This document shows, in pieces, positions 1 to 9,469 of a DNA stretch of 56,565 nt. Source of the DNA: an uncultured virus (IMG/VR IMGVR_UViG_3300035502_001146) (Duplodnaviria > Heunggongvirae > Uroviricota > Caudoviricetes). Each line of letters begins with the position of its first letter. Within the stretch, counting starts at the first letter, position 1. The position numbers were made by a program, and so were the translations under genes. The stretch lies in IMG/VR virus record IMGVR_UViG_3300035502_001146; one strand, given 5' to 3'. Under the pieces are notes generated by a model. It did no database searches. It was given only the letters and a program-made list of their open reading frames with translations, and was not told the DNA's origin.

Positions 1-197
1 TAAGAGGGTTTTTACCCTCTTTTTTATTTAAAAAACTTTTCTTAATAAATCATTTATTAGCGGTTCATATATTTTTTATTCACAAATTATTCATAATTAA
101 TTTTAAAAATTAGTTAAAAACACTTGACAAACAACAGAATGTGTGATATTATAATATATATAAACAACATAACTTAAATCTGAAAGGTGGTTTTATA

Positions 198-641
198 ATG
201 AAAGAAATGAATATATCTATAAGCGAAGAAATGTTCAGAGAGAAGATAGAAGATATTTTCTATAAGTATCAAGAAAAGATTGATAAGAATTGTAATTGTG
301 TAAATCCTTTGGATTACGGCAAGGAAAAATCAATCAGTATGGCTTTTATGACTTTTATTGATAGAGATATTATTACAGATAATTACAGCTTTATTGATAA
401 GAAGTTTGACGGCAGCATCTATATAAACACCAAAGATAAAACTTATAAAGCAATGCTGAAAGAGCTAAAAGGCGAAAGAATAAATATAAGTAAGAGATTG
501 AAGAACTTTAAAATAAAGACTAATGGTGAAATCAATCTGACTTATAAAGATTTATCATATAGTCACATTATAACGATTGATTATAAGGAATGTGACACAA
601 GAACAGTTAAACAGATTGAAAAGATAATAAGTGAGCTGTAA
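198..641 (+). CDS. hypothetical phage protein
   Basis: 147-aa ORF, GAAAGGTGG RBS, TTGACA promoter at 124, hairpin terminator after stop. Confidence 0.8.
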   Translation: MKEMNISISEEMFREKIEDIFYKYQEKIDKNCNCVNPLDYGKEKSISMAFMTFIDRDIITDNYSFIDKKFDGSIYINTKDKTYKAMLKELKGERINISKRLKNFKIKTNGEINLTYKDLSYSHIITIDYKECDTRTVKQIEKIISEL

Positions 642-789
642 GGGTGGAGCAATCCACCTTTTTATGTAAAGATTTTTTCTATAAAGACTTCTTTTGCAAT
701 CTTTATTAAATCATTTATTAAGCATTGTTTTATTAAATAATATTTTTCAATCATTCATAATTTCTTAATAATTAAATTTTAAAAAACTC

Positions 790-818
790 TTGACAATTAA
801 CAGCAAAAGTGATATAAT
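790..818 (+). promoter_or_regulatory. sigma-A/sigma70 consensus promoter (representative of many)
   Basis: TTGACA-N17-TATAAT with extended -10 TG. Confidence 0.85.
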
Positions 819-892
819 GTATTTAACAGTTAAGGAAATTTAATTGTTAAACGTAAACAAAATATATATTTAAAACTGAAAGGGGTTTTATT

Positions 893-1189
893 ATGAGAAG
901 ATTATATCTTATGACTGTCACACACACTTATGATAGTGACTATACAGCAAAAGCTTTTGCTACCGAAAAAGAAGCTATTACAGCTATGAATGAATGGCTT
1001 GATGCAGCTGTAAAGCAACAGGAAGAAATGAGTGGCTATACACCTTATGTATTCGAAATAGAAGATACTTGCAAAAAGATGTTTTACAATGAGGAAGAAG
1101 ATGTACAGTCTACAGATGATTATACCGAAGTCAAAGTTATGACAATTCCGATTGACTTAGATATTATCAGCGGACTATTGACAGATTAA
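893..1189 (+). CDS. small acidic hypothetical protein
   Basis: 98-aa ORF with GAAAGGGG RBS, downstream of consensus promoter. Confidence 0.8.
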   Translation: MRRLYLMTVTHTYDSDYTAKAFATEKEAITAMNEWLDAAVKQQEEMSGYTPYVFEIEDTCKKMFYNEEEDVQSTDDYTEVKVMTIPIDLDIISGLLTD

Positions 1190-1211
1190 CAATGAAAGGT
1201 GTGAAGTATAA

Positions 1212-1391
1212 ATGTACGATAGAGCTATAACAGATTTAGTAATAATTACTGTATATCCTTATGAAGGTGAAAGTTATACAGTAACAGTACCTATCGAACA
1301 CTCACTGACAATAGAGCTTGAAGAAGCTGTTGAAAATTGGGTAGATGATAATTTGAATAATGTATCAAATTGGGATTATCAATTTGCATAA
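1212..1391 (+). CDS. small acidic hypothetical protein (59 aa, not in ORF track)
   Basis: GAAAGGTG RBS, ATG 1212 to TAA 1391, read manually. Confidence 0.65.
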   Translation: MYDRAITDLVIITVYPYEGESYTVTVPIEHSLTIELEEAVENWVDDNLNNVSNWDYQFA

Positions 1392-1684
1392 ATATAAGAA
1401 ATAATTATAAGAGGGGTGATTGTAAGAAATGTAATTATAAGAAATATGACCATATAAGAGGTGGAGTAAAATCCACCTTTTTTGTTATAAGTTCTCTTAA
1501 TAAATCATTTAATAAACAGCGACAGGGTATGGCAAACTTATAACATAAATCCTATAATCAATATAAATATTAAGTATTTGAAATTTTCCAAATAGTATGG
1601 TATAATATATTTAGAGTTAAGAGAGAGGTCTTAACTACTAACCGTAAACATTATAACAGCTAATTTTGAAAGGGGTTATGAATT

Positions 1685-2365
1685 ATGTCACTTATACAGA
1701 ATATTACAATCGTTATGCAGAACAATGCGTTTGAGGAAATTAACAATGTTTTACAGAAATACTGTTTAATACCATCAAATATTGAAAAGGTAGAAAACAG
1801 CTACTATGTAGCAAGGTTTAATGAATATGAATGGTGTGAAGAAGCAACAGATGAGATTATTGATACTATAAATGCTTTTAAATGCTATGGGTTCGGCTTT
1901 GGTTTTAAATTTCTTTATGCTGATGCTGAAGAAGATATTCAGTTTATTGAAACTAACACATACGGCAACAGGTTATTTAAAGAATATACCATTGAAGATG
2001 GTAAAATCGTTACACCGAATAAAGCAAGTGAAGTAATTGCTTTTGAACCACTTAGCAAATATAATGATTTAGCTTGCAAGATTAAAAAAGCTGTTTATGA
2101 TTGGCAAAATGAATTAAACACAGACTTATTTAAACTTGAATTATCCGCTACAAGAGATGATATAGAGGGTGAAACTACAATACTTTACAATATTATTCTT
2201 GGTGAAGAATATGTTAGAGTATTCGGCAATGAAATAGATATTGCAAAATTCTTTAAAAAACCTTTAACTTTGATTTTAACGATTGCCGCTGATGGTCTTG
2301 CAGAAAACTTTAGTTTTTCACAGTGCGGTGATACATTTTCTATAACAGCAAAGAAAAGAAAATAA
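1685..2365 (+). CDS. hypothetical protein, N-terminal half paralogous to 13155 and 13807 ORFs
   Basis: RBS, promoter, terminator; shared FEEI..P..I.KVE..GxGFK.L pattern. Confidence 0.8.
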   Translation: MSLIQNITIVMQNNAFEEINNVLQKYCLIPSNIEKVENSYYVARFNEYEWCEEATDEIIDTINAFKCYGFGFGFKFLYADAEEDIQFIETNTYGNRLFKEYTIEDGKIVTPNKASEVIAFEPLSKYNDLACKIKKAVYDWQNELNTDLFKLELSATRDDIEGETTILYNIILGEEYVRVFGNEIDIAKFFKKPLTLILTIAADGLAENFSFSQCGDTFSITAKKRK

Positions 2366-2822
2366 ATAATATGAAAGGTGGGTTCAACTCCCACCTTTTT
2401 TATTACAACAAAATATCTTTAACATAATATTTTTAATAAACCATTTAATAAAATATCACAGGGTTCGAATTTTTTCAAAAAAAACATACTTAAATAAAAC
2501 GCTTATATTAGCCGTTTACAGCCTTGCAATTATTTAATGAATAAATCTATGGTTTATATTTAAACAACGCTTAAAACGCAAAATAGAACTGTTTGACGGC
2601 TTATATGCTTTACATTACCTTTTTGATAATTACTTTAACTTCTTTTAATGCTGCCATATATAACTGTATAATAAAAATGTTATAATCATTATAAATATTA
2701 AGTATTTGAAATTTCTCTTGTAGTATGCTATAATATATTTAGAGTTAAGAGTGATTAACTCACAAGCGTAAACAACACAATAGATTATTCTAAGTTTTGA
2801 ATTTTGAAAGGAGTTTTGACTT

Positions 2823-3422
2823 ATGGGACAGCGTTCACAGATTTATGTAAGATTAACAGAAAACAATGAGGTAATATTATTAGCTAATTATTATCAGTGG
2901 AATTTTGGCGATGCTATGATTAGCAGAGCAAGAAGTGGCATTGAATATATAAAGTCTTATATAGACAATTACAACACAAATATCATTTGTTACAACAAAA
3001 CCTCACAGGAAAAGTTGAGAAGATATTTTGATGTTGACTTTGATACAAGAGAAGTTACCACTTCTATGGATATTATCAAGGACTATAACGATAACCATAC
3101 TCAATATAACCTTGGTGAATTTAATGATTTTGTGTTTGACGGACAGGATAACAACGATGGAAAGTTGTTTATCGATATCAATTACAATACAAAAACCATT
3201 AAATATTGCTTTACAAATTGGAGACCTAATCGTCCATTGAGGGCAAGGGAATATTTGAAGTGGGATATGCAAGATATTAAAGATTATGCAATCGATGAGG
3301 TGACAGAAGAAAATATACAATTCATAAATAAGAATGCGAAACTTATGACTAAGGAAGAATTGCAAGAGTTCATAACAGCTGATTACAGTATGCAATATGA
3401 AGAAGAATTACCAATGTTTTAA
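2823..3422 (+). CDS. hypothetical phage protein
   Basis: 199 aa, GAAAGGAG RBS, own promoter and terminator. Confidence 0.85.
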   Translation: MGQRSQIYVRLTENNEVILLANYYQWNFGDAMISRARSGIEYIKSYIDNYNTNIICYNKTSQEKLRRYFDVDFDTREVTTSMDIIKDYNDNHTQYNLGEFNDFVFDGQDNNDGKLFIDINYNTKTIKYCFTNWRPNRPLRAREYLKWDMQDIKDYAIDEVTEENIQFINKNAKLMTKEELQEFITADYSMQYEEELPMF

Positions 3423-3701
3423 TAAATAGGGTGAGGGTAAAATCTCACCTTTTTTATTATTAGAAAAATATATAAAGAAAAAATATATTATGATTGTTAA
3501 TTTTTTAACAATTCAGCTCTCTCGTTACTTATTAAATCATTTAATAATAACCACAGGGAGTGCTGCACAGGGTTCGGCTAACATATAATAAAAATATTAT
3601 AATAATTATAAGATTAAAGTATTTGAAATTCATTGCCTTATATGCTATAATATACTTGTAAACAAAAAAATACTTGTAACTTTTGAAAGGGGTTATGAAA
3701 A

Positions 3702-4241
3702 ATGATTAACATTAAATCAGTAAAAACAACAAGCGTATTTGAAACTCTTGAAGATAGAGTAAATAATGAAAGAGATTTTCTTGAACAGCAGAATAATGAA
3801 GAAGTTATTTCTAATGATTTTGAGAATGAATATTCAAAAATAAGAGAAATAGCAACAAGTCTTTGTAATGAAAAAGACGGAGATGTTAGAAAAGAAATTC
3901 TCGAAAAATATGATACTTTTAGAGCTAAAATCCGAGAAAAAGGAGAGGAATACGAAGCAGCATTTGACCTTTACGAAAGTATGAAAGACAGGAACAATGA
4001 TTATATTGATATTGATTGTCACAGGAATGAAAGTGCAATTGAATATATAAACTTGTTTAGAAAGTTTGGAATTACTCAATTTACATTTTCATCCACTTGG
4101 TCAAGTGCTATCGAACTTGCTTGGGTGTTTATTCAAAACAATTATGAATTGAAGGGTATGGTGGAAATAAATAGTAAATTTAAAAACCCATCAAGCCATA
4201 AATATGATAAAATTCACGCACTGTTGTTTGAAGTTAAATAA
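3702..4241 (+). CDS. hypothetical protein
   Basis: 179 aa, RBS, promoter TTGAAA 3623/TATAAT 3646. Confidence 0.85.
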   Translation: MINIKSVKTTSVFETLEDRVNNERDFLEQQNNEEVISNDFENEYSKIREIATSLCNEKDGDVRKEILEKYDTFRAKIREKGEEYEAAFDLYESMKDRNNDYIDIDCHRNESAIEYINLFRKFGITQFTFSSTWSSAIELAWVFIQNNYELKGMVEINSKFKNPSSHKYDKIHALLFEVK

Positions 4242-4249
4242 AGGGGGGA

Positions 4250-4456
4250 ATGATTATGACGAAATTAAGTAGAGATAGAGAGAATATTTTAAAAAGAAAA
4301 GTGAAGAATATCACAGGTATACCAATGAAAAAGTTAGATATTCAAGCTTTTGGATATGATGCACAGGCAGATAAAAATTTTATCACTTATGGTTATTATG
4401 AAAGTAATTATAACAGGGCAATAAATAAAAAAACTTATAATACAATCAATTATTAA
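4250..4456 (+). CDS. small basic hypothetical protein
   Basis: AAGGGGGG RBS right after previous stop, terminator downstream. Confidence 0.65.
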   Translation: MIMTKLSRDRENILKRKVKNITGIPMKKLDIQAFGYDAQADKNFITYGYYESNYNRAINKKTYNTINY

Positions 4457-4900
4457 ATAAAAGTTTAAAGGGTGAGTTTTATTTCTCACCCTTTATTTTT
4501 TACTTATTTATTTTCTTTATATTTAGCCACGCAGCGTTGTTTTATTTTTATTAAACATTTTATCAACTAAATATTTAAGACGGCTTAAAATCGATTATGA
4601 GCTGTTTTAAGAGTATATATAGAAAATATTTAGAAGATAAATTTAGAAAATAAATATAAAGAGCGGATATTTAAAAACAAATATTTATTTTTCTTTAAGT
4701 TCTTAATAAATCGTTTAATAATTTGTGCTGGGCTTGGCAGCGTATATAATAAATAACTTATAATAAATATAGGTTTAAAGTATTGGACATTTTCTAAATA
4801 GTATGCTATAATATATTTAGAAGTTAAGGGAAAGCACATAGCTCCTCTTAACAAGCGTAAACTCAATACATTATATTTAATTCGAAAGGGGATTTTAATT

Positions 4901-5299
4901 ATGACAACTATGAATAGATTTTTTAAGGTAAACGAGGCTGGTTTTTCTGTTACAGAGGCAACTTTTTTCAACCCTGTAACAGGGGAGTCCTTTAGCAAAA
5001 TCGTGTGGGATGTTGACAACCCACAGGTGGAGCGAGAGAATGCGGAACTCTATAAAATGCCGCTGAATGACGAAGCTCGTCATTTGTGGTTGAACCACAA
5101 TGGTATCATCTGTAAGGGTGATACTGTTGAGGTGTTCAAGGGACGAAAAGTCCCTGTTGGCACTGTCGCTGTTGTCACTGACATAAGACCGTTCTGCGAC
5201 AGATACGGTCGTGTGCAGTGTAGGTATGCGTACCTCTCTAATGGTATGCGTACCAATATCGACAATTGTCGATTGGTCGCTGTCGAACAAGTAGGGTAA
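4901..5299 (+). CDS. hypothetical protein, possible SH3/KOW-like C-terminus
   Basis: RBS and promoter; KGDTVEVFKGRKVPVG motif; visibly higher GC than neighbours. Confidence 0.8.
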   Translation: MTTMNRFFKVNEAGFSVTEATFFNPVTGESFSKIVWDVDNPQVERENAELYKMPLNDEARHLWLNHNGIICKGDTVEVFKGRKVPVGTVAVVTDIRPFCDRYGRVQCRYAYLSNGMRTNIDNCRLVAVEQVG

Positions 5300-5780
5300 A
5301 ACCTACTTGTTTTTTATTTAAAGATTATTTTTTCTAATCTCTTTTTCTAACTTCTTTTTTGAACTCTTTTTCTAACTATTAAACGATTTATTTAAAACTA
5401 TAACATTCATCAAATATCTTTTTTAAATATTTTTTCTTAAATAAATATCAATTTTAAATATTTAAAACTTTTTTCTTAATAAACACTTCTTTAATAAATC
5501 ATTTAATAGTTAGTGCAGGGGCGAGCTGCGGAATGTGCGAAAATTTTTCTGAATATTTTTTAAATACTTTTCTGAATATTTTCTATAAATGTTTTCTAAA
5601 TATAAATTTTTGTTTATAATTATAAACTTATAATAAATATAAGTTTTAAGTATTAGACTTTTTCTAAATAATATGCTATAATATATTTAGAAGTTAAGAG
5701 TAAGGTCTTAACCAAACAAAACTGAACACTTGATTTTTAAAAAGCTAAATTAAAGAGCTAATGAAAGGAGCTTGACGATT

Positions 5781-6014
5781 ATGACATTGAGAGAATTTAA
5801 CAAGGAATTGAAAAAGAGAGGAAGTCAACTGACTTATATTTACTTAGGCTATTACACAAGCTCAAAGGGTTATAAGGAAAGACATTATCAAGCCTTTTAT
5901 GGCGATACTGAAATGTCAATGTATGAGCCTATAACTAAAGATAAGTTTGAGCAGATAATCAATGATATGGATATGGAAGAAGAAATGAATAACTATATTG
6001 AAGAATATAGATAA
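5781..6014 (+). CDS. hypothetical protein
   Basis: GAAAGGAG RBS before ATG 5781. Confidence 0.75.
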   Translation: MTLREFNKELKKRGSQLTYIYLGYYTSSKGYKERHYQAFYGDTEMSMYEPITKDKFEQIINDMDMEEEMNNYIEEYR

Positions 6015-6105
6015 AAAATTTCTTTATATAGGGTGGGTGATTAAAAACTCACCCTATACATAAAAAATGATAACTTTAAAAAATGCGAAAAGGGGATTTT
6101 TAATT

Positions 6106-6513
6106 ATGAAATTTGAATGTAAATGCGACACGATTGGTAAGTATGAGGAATTAAGAAATAATATCCATAATATTCATTTAGACAACGAAGTAAGCGAAAA
6201 AGTATGTGCTAAGTTATGGATAACAAGAAATGATATTACAGTAAGAGTTGAACATCTTGTTTACACAGCATTACCTATTGAAGATATTGAAGATGGTAAA
6301 ACCGAAGAAGATATGTTTGTTTGCTATAAAGTGGAAAATGAAACTGATAATAGCTACAATAATAAAGTTGGTTCAATGCCCGTACCTACTGATTTTGATA
6401 TTTTTAATTTGCAAGGCTATATGGGTGGTTATGCAAAAGAAGTAATTGATAATATAGCAGATTATAATAAGTGTGAAACTGCCGTTGAAAACTTTATTGA
6501 AAGTCATTTTTAA
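6106..6513 (+). CDS. hypothetical protein
   Basis: AAAGGGG RBS before ATG 6106. Confidence 0.75.
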   Translation: MKFECKCDTIGKYEELRNNIHNIHLDNEVSEKVCAKLWITRNDITVRVEHLVYTALPIEDIEDGKTEEDMFVCYKVENETDNSYNNKVGSMPVPTDFDIFNLQGYMGGYAKEVIDNIADYNKCETAVENFIESHF

Positions 6514-6757
6514 TATTTAAAAGGAAATTTTAAAAAAGCTAATCTTAAAAAGAGCTATTCGATTATGAATAGCTTTTTTTATTTAAAGAAATTTTCTTTA
6601 ATATTTTCCTTAGTAAACAATTTAATAAAATAATTATTCTTTACAAACAAATGATTTTTAAAAACTATTGACAAATAACAAAAAAATGTGATATTATAAT
6701 AATTGTAAACGATAGATATTAAAAATTTTTTAATATGAAAGGAGAATTTAATTTACT

Positions 6758-7000
6758 ATGAAAGATTTTTTTACAATGAGCGGTTCTGAAAGAAATAAAA
6801 TATTAAGTGAACTGAATGAAAAATATCCAAGAGGTACAAGAGTTAAACTTGTAAAAATGAATGATTTTCAAGCACCGCCAATAAGTACAGAAGGTACTGT
6901 TAAAAGTATTGACGATATAGGTACAATTCATATTCAGTGGGATAATGGTTCTTCTTTAGGTGTAGCCTATGGTGAAGATGAGATAATGAAAGTAAATTAG
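6758..7000 (+). CDS. DUF4314-like protein
   Basis: YPRGTRVKL..MND..PP..TEGTV..IDDIG.IH..WDNGSSL....GED pattern. Confidence 0.8.
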   Translation: MKDFFTMSGSERNKILSELNEKYPRGTRVKLVKMNDFQAPPISTEGTVKSIDDIGTIHIQWDNGSSLGVAYGEDEIMKVN

Positions 7001-7017
7001 GAAAGGCGGTTTTTAAA

Positions 7018-7185
7018 ATGACAGTAAGAGAGAGATTTAATACATTAACAAGCGAACAGTTAGCCGAGGAGCTTGAAAGAATACAGAACTTAAAAGAATG
7101 TTATTCAGAGCTTGACAATATTTCCAATATGGCTGACTATCTTAATTCGGAATATTTGAATAATCAATACAGTGATTATGAATAA
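7018..7185 (+). CDS. small acidic hypothetical protein (55 aa, not in ORF track)
   Basis: GAAAGGCGG RBS, ATG 7018 to TAA 7185. Confidence 0.6.
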   Translation: MTVRERFNTLTSEQLAEELERIQNLKECYSELDNISNMADYLNSEYLNNQYSDYE

Positions 7186-7491
7186 AAAGCATTATAAATA
7201 AAAAATATTATGAATAAAAAGTGAGGTAAATATTTAAAACTTATTAAAGAGGGTTTAATCCCTCTTTTTTTATTTATAACAACTTAATTTATTTACAGAT
7301 ATTTAATAAATGATTTATTAAATATTCCATAGCTATATAACAAAAATGTTATAATAATTATAAATATTAAGTATTTGCAATTTACTAAACAGTGTGCTAT
7401 AATATATTTAGAAGTTAAGAGAGAACAGTTAATAAAACTCTTAGCTCACGCACACAAAACACACAGCAGACAGACGAAAGGTGGTTAAATT

Positions 7492-7806
7492 ATGAAGTTA
7501 ATGACTAAGGAAATCGAAAACGAGTTGAGGAAAAATCCAATTTACTCACACGATGGTGAGGGTATGAATGCGAAAGTAATTGTAAAGTTCTTTTCCCCTC
7601 GTGCTAATTTCACTTGGTTAGTTACCGAGGGTGAACAGCAAGAGGACGGAGATTGGTTATTCTTTGGCTATCATTATGTAGTTGTATGGGAGTGGGGATA
7701 TGTAAGATTATCTGACTTGCTTAGTTTGAATGACAGATTTGGTGATTGTTTTGTTGAGAGAGAAATGTACACCAAAAATAAAAATGTAAGAGAACTTGTA
7801 GCATAA
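7492..7806 (+). CDS. DUF2958-like protein
   Basis: KFF.P....TWLVTE...FFG...EWGYV.LS.L pattern. Confidence 0.8.
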   Translation: MKLMTKEIENELRKNPIYSHDGEGMNAKVIVKFFSPRANFTWLVTEGEQQEDGDWLFFGYHYVVVWEWGYVRLSDLLSLNDRFGDCFVEREMYTKNKNVRELVA

Positions 7807-7867
7807 ATATAAAAACTATCCCCTACCTTTAATATGGTAGGGGGGAATTTGAAAGGAGATTTTAATT

Positions 7868-8065
7868 ATGGAAAAAACAAAAATTTATGCAGTAGTAGGA
7901 ATTGAAGATTTAGAGGGTATGACTTTTGCACAGTGTACCACAATGGAAAAAGCCGAAAAGGCTATGGAACTTTTGGTTGAAAACGGCTTTGACGATATTG
8001 AAATAGTAGAAAGCAATTTAACGCTTGATGCTATTGAGGTTGAAGGCAAGTATTATGAACTGTAA
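7868..8065 (+). CDS. small acidic hypothetical protein
   Basis: GAAAGGAG RBS, 65 aa. Confidence 0.75.
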   Translation: MEKTKIYAVVGIEDLEGMTFAQCTTMEKAEKAMELLVENGFDDIEIVESNLTLDAIEVEGKYYEL

Positions 8066-8087
8066 TAATGAAAAGGGTGAATAGATA

Positions 8088-8321
8088 ATGAATAAAAGTG
8101 AATATGTGGAAAAAATAAGAAATATCTTTAGTAAATATAAATTAAGTGGTAGTCTGATTGAGTGTTCATATATCGAAGGAGTGAATACGGAAGATTTTAC
8201 AATCTGTTATGTGGATAGCCGTATAAAGAACAGTGGAAAAATAAGAAAGGAGTTGCACAATGTAATGGATAATTATTTCAATGATTATCCCACAGCCACA
8301 CAGCCGTTGTACAGTTATTAA
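8088..8321 (+). CDS. hypothetical protein
   Basis: RBS, terminator after stop. Confidence 0.7.
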   Translation: MNKSEYVEKIRNIFSKYKLSGSLIECSYIEGVNTEDFTICYVDSRIKNSGKIRKELHNVMDNYFNDYPTATQPLYSY

Positions 8322-8914
8322 AAAATGAAAGGTAGGTGAAATATCCTACCTTTTTTATTGTTTAAATTTAATTATCTTTTCTAATTATCCATCCTTTTTT
8401 TGCTGCTGCACAAACTTTGTTAATTTTTTAACAATCTTCGGCTCTTATTCTTATTAAATGATTTATTAAGAATAAATATTTAAAATTAAGTATTAAGAAA
8501 TTTATTTATTATAAGTTTAAATATTTAAAAATGATTTTCTTAAATAAATTACTTAAATGATTTGCTATATATATCTTTTTTCTTTACAGTACCTTTTACA
8601 CAATTTCTTTTACAATATCTCCCTTGTAATATTTCTGCTGCATAAAGCGTTATTTTCGATTATAAGAGCTGTTTATTTATTATTCAAAGAAATATACCAC
8701 ATAATTCAGCATAGCCTTAAAATCGATTATACGACTATTTAAAACCGCTTAGTATTTTATAATCATATAATTATAAACTTATAATAAATATAGGATTAAA
8801 GTATTTGCAATTTCCTATTTTATTTGTTATAATATATTTAGAAGTTAAGCAATGGTACTTAAATTTCTAACCGTAAACAATATAATCTTGAACTTTTGAA
8901 AGGAGTTTTGAACT

Positions 8915-9469
8915 ATGGGACAATATTACACACCAATCATTAAAGAGGTAGCAACAGGCAAAAAGTATAATGTAGATATGACATACGCAGAGGGTGATTT
9001 TGTAGGGTTAAAGTTGACAGAACACTCTTGGTGGGATAACACTTTATGCAATGTTATTGATACAATTCTGTATAAGAGTAAATATCAAATAGCGTGGGTG
9101 GGAGATTACGCAGATAAAGAAGATAAAGCAAATTTAAGCGAAATCGTTGCTGAACCACAAGAAACTATTCAAGTATCTTATATGCAAGACGAACCGACAG
9201 AGTTGTTTGGCTTATATCTTTGCAATCATTCAAAGAAGTTGTATATTGATTGTAACGACTATTATGAGAGGTCAGAAGATGACAATGGATGGCATACACA
9301 CCCATTGCCATTATTGACTTGTATAGGCAACGGCAAAGGTGGTGGAGATTACTTTTCAGAGGTTTGTGCTGATTTAGTAGGTACTTGGGCTTGGGATATA
9401 ATTTCCATTGAAACTGAACCACCAAAGGACTACAAACAGCTTGAATGTGGTTTTTATGAGGAATATTAA
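8915..9469 (+). CDS. hypothetical phage protein (MGQYY...GNGxGGGDY type)
   Basis: 184 aa, RBS, promoter, terminator. Confidence 0.85.
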   Translation: MGQYYTPIIKEVATGKKYNVDMTYAEGDFVGLKLTEHSWWDNTLCNVIDTILYKSKYQIAWVGDYADKEDKANLSEIVAEPQETIQVSYMQDEPTELFGLYLCNHSKKLYIDCNDYYERSEDDNGWHTHPLPLLTCIGNGKGGGDYFSEVCADLVGTWAWDIISIETEPPKDYKQLECGFYEEY

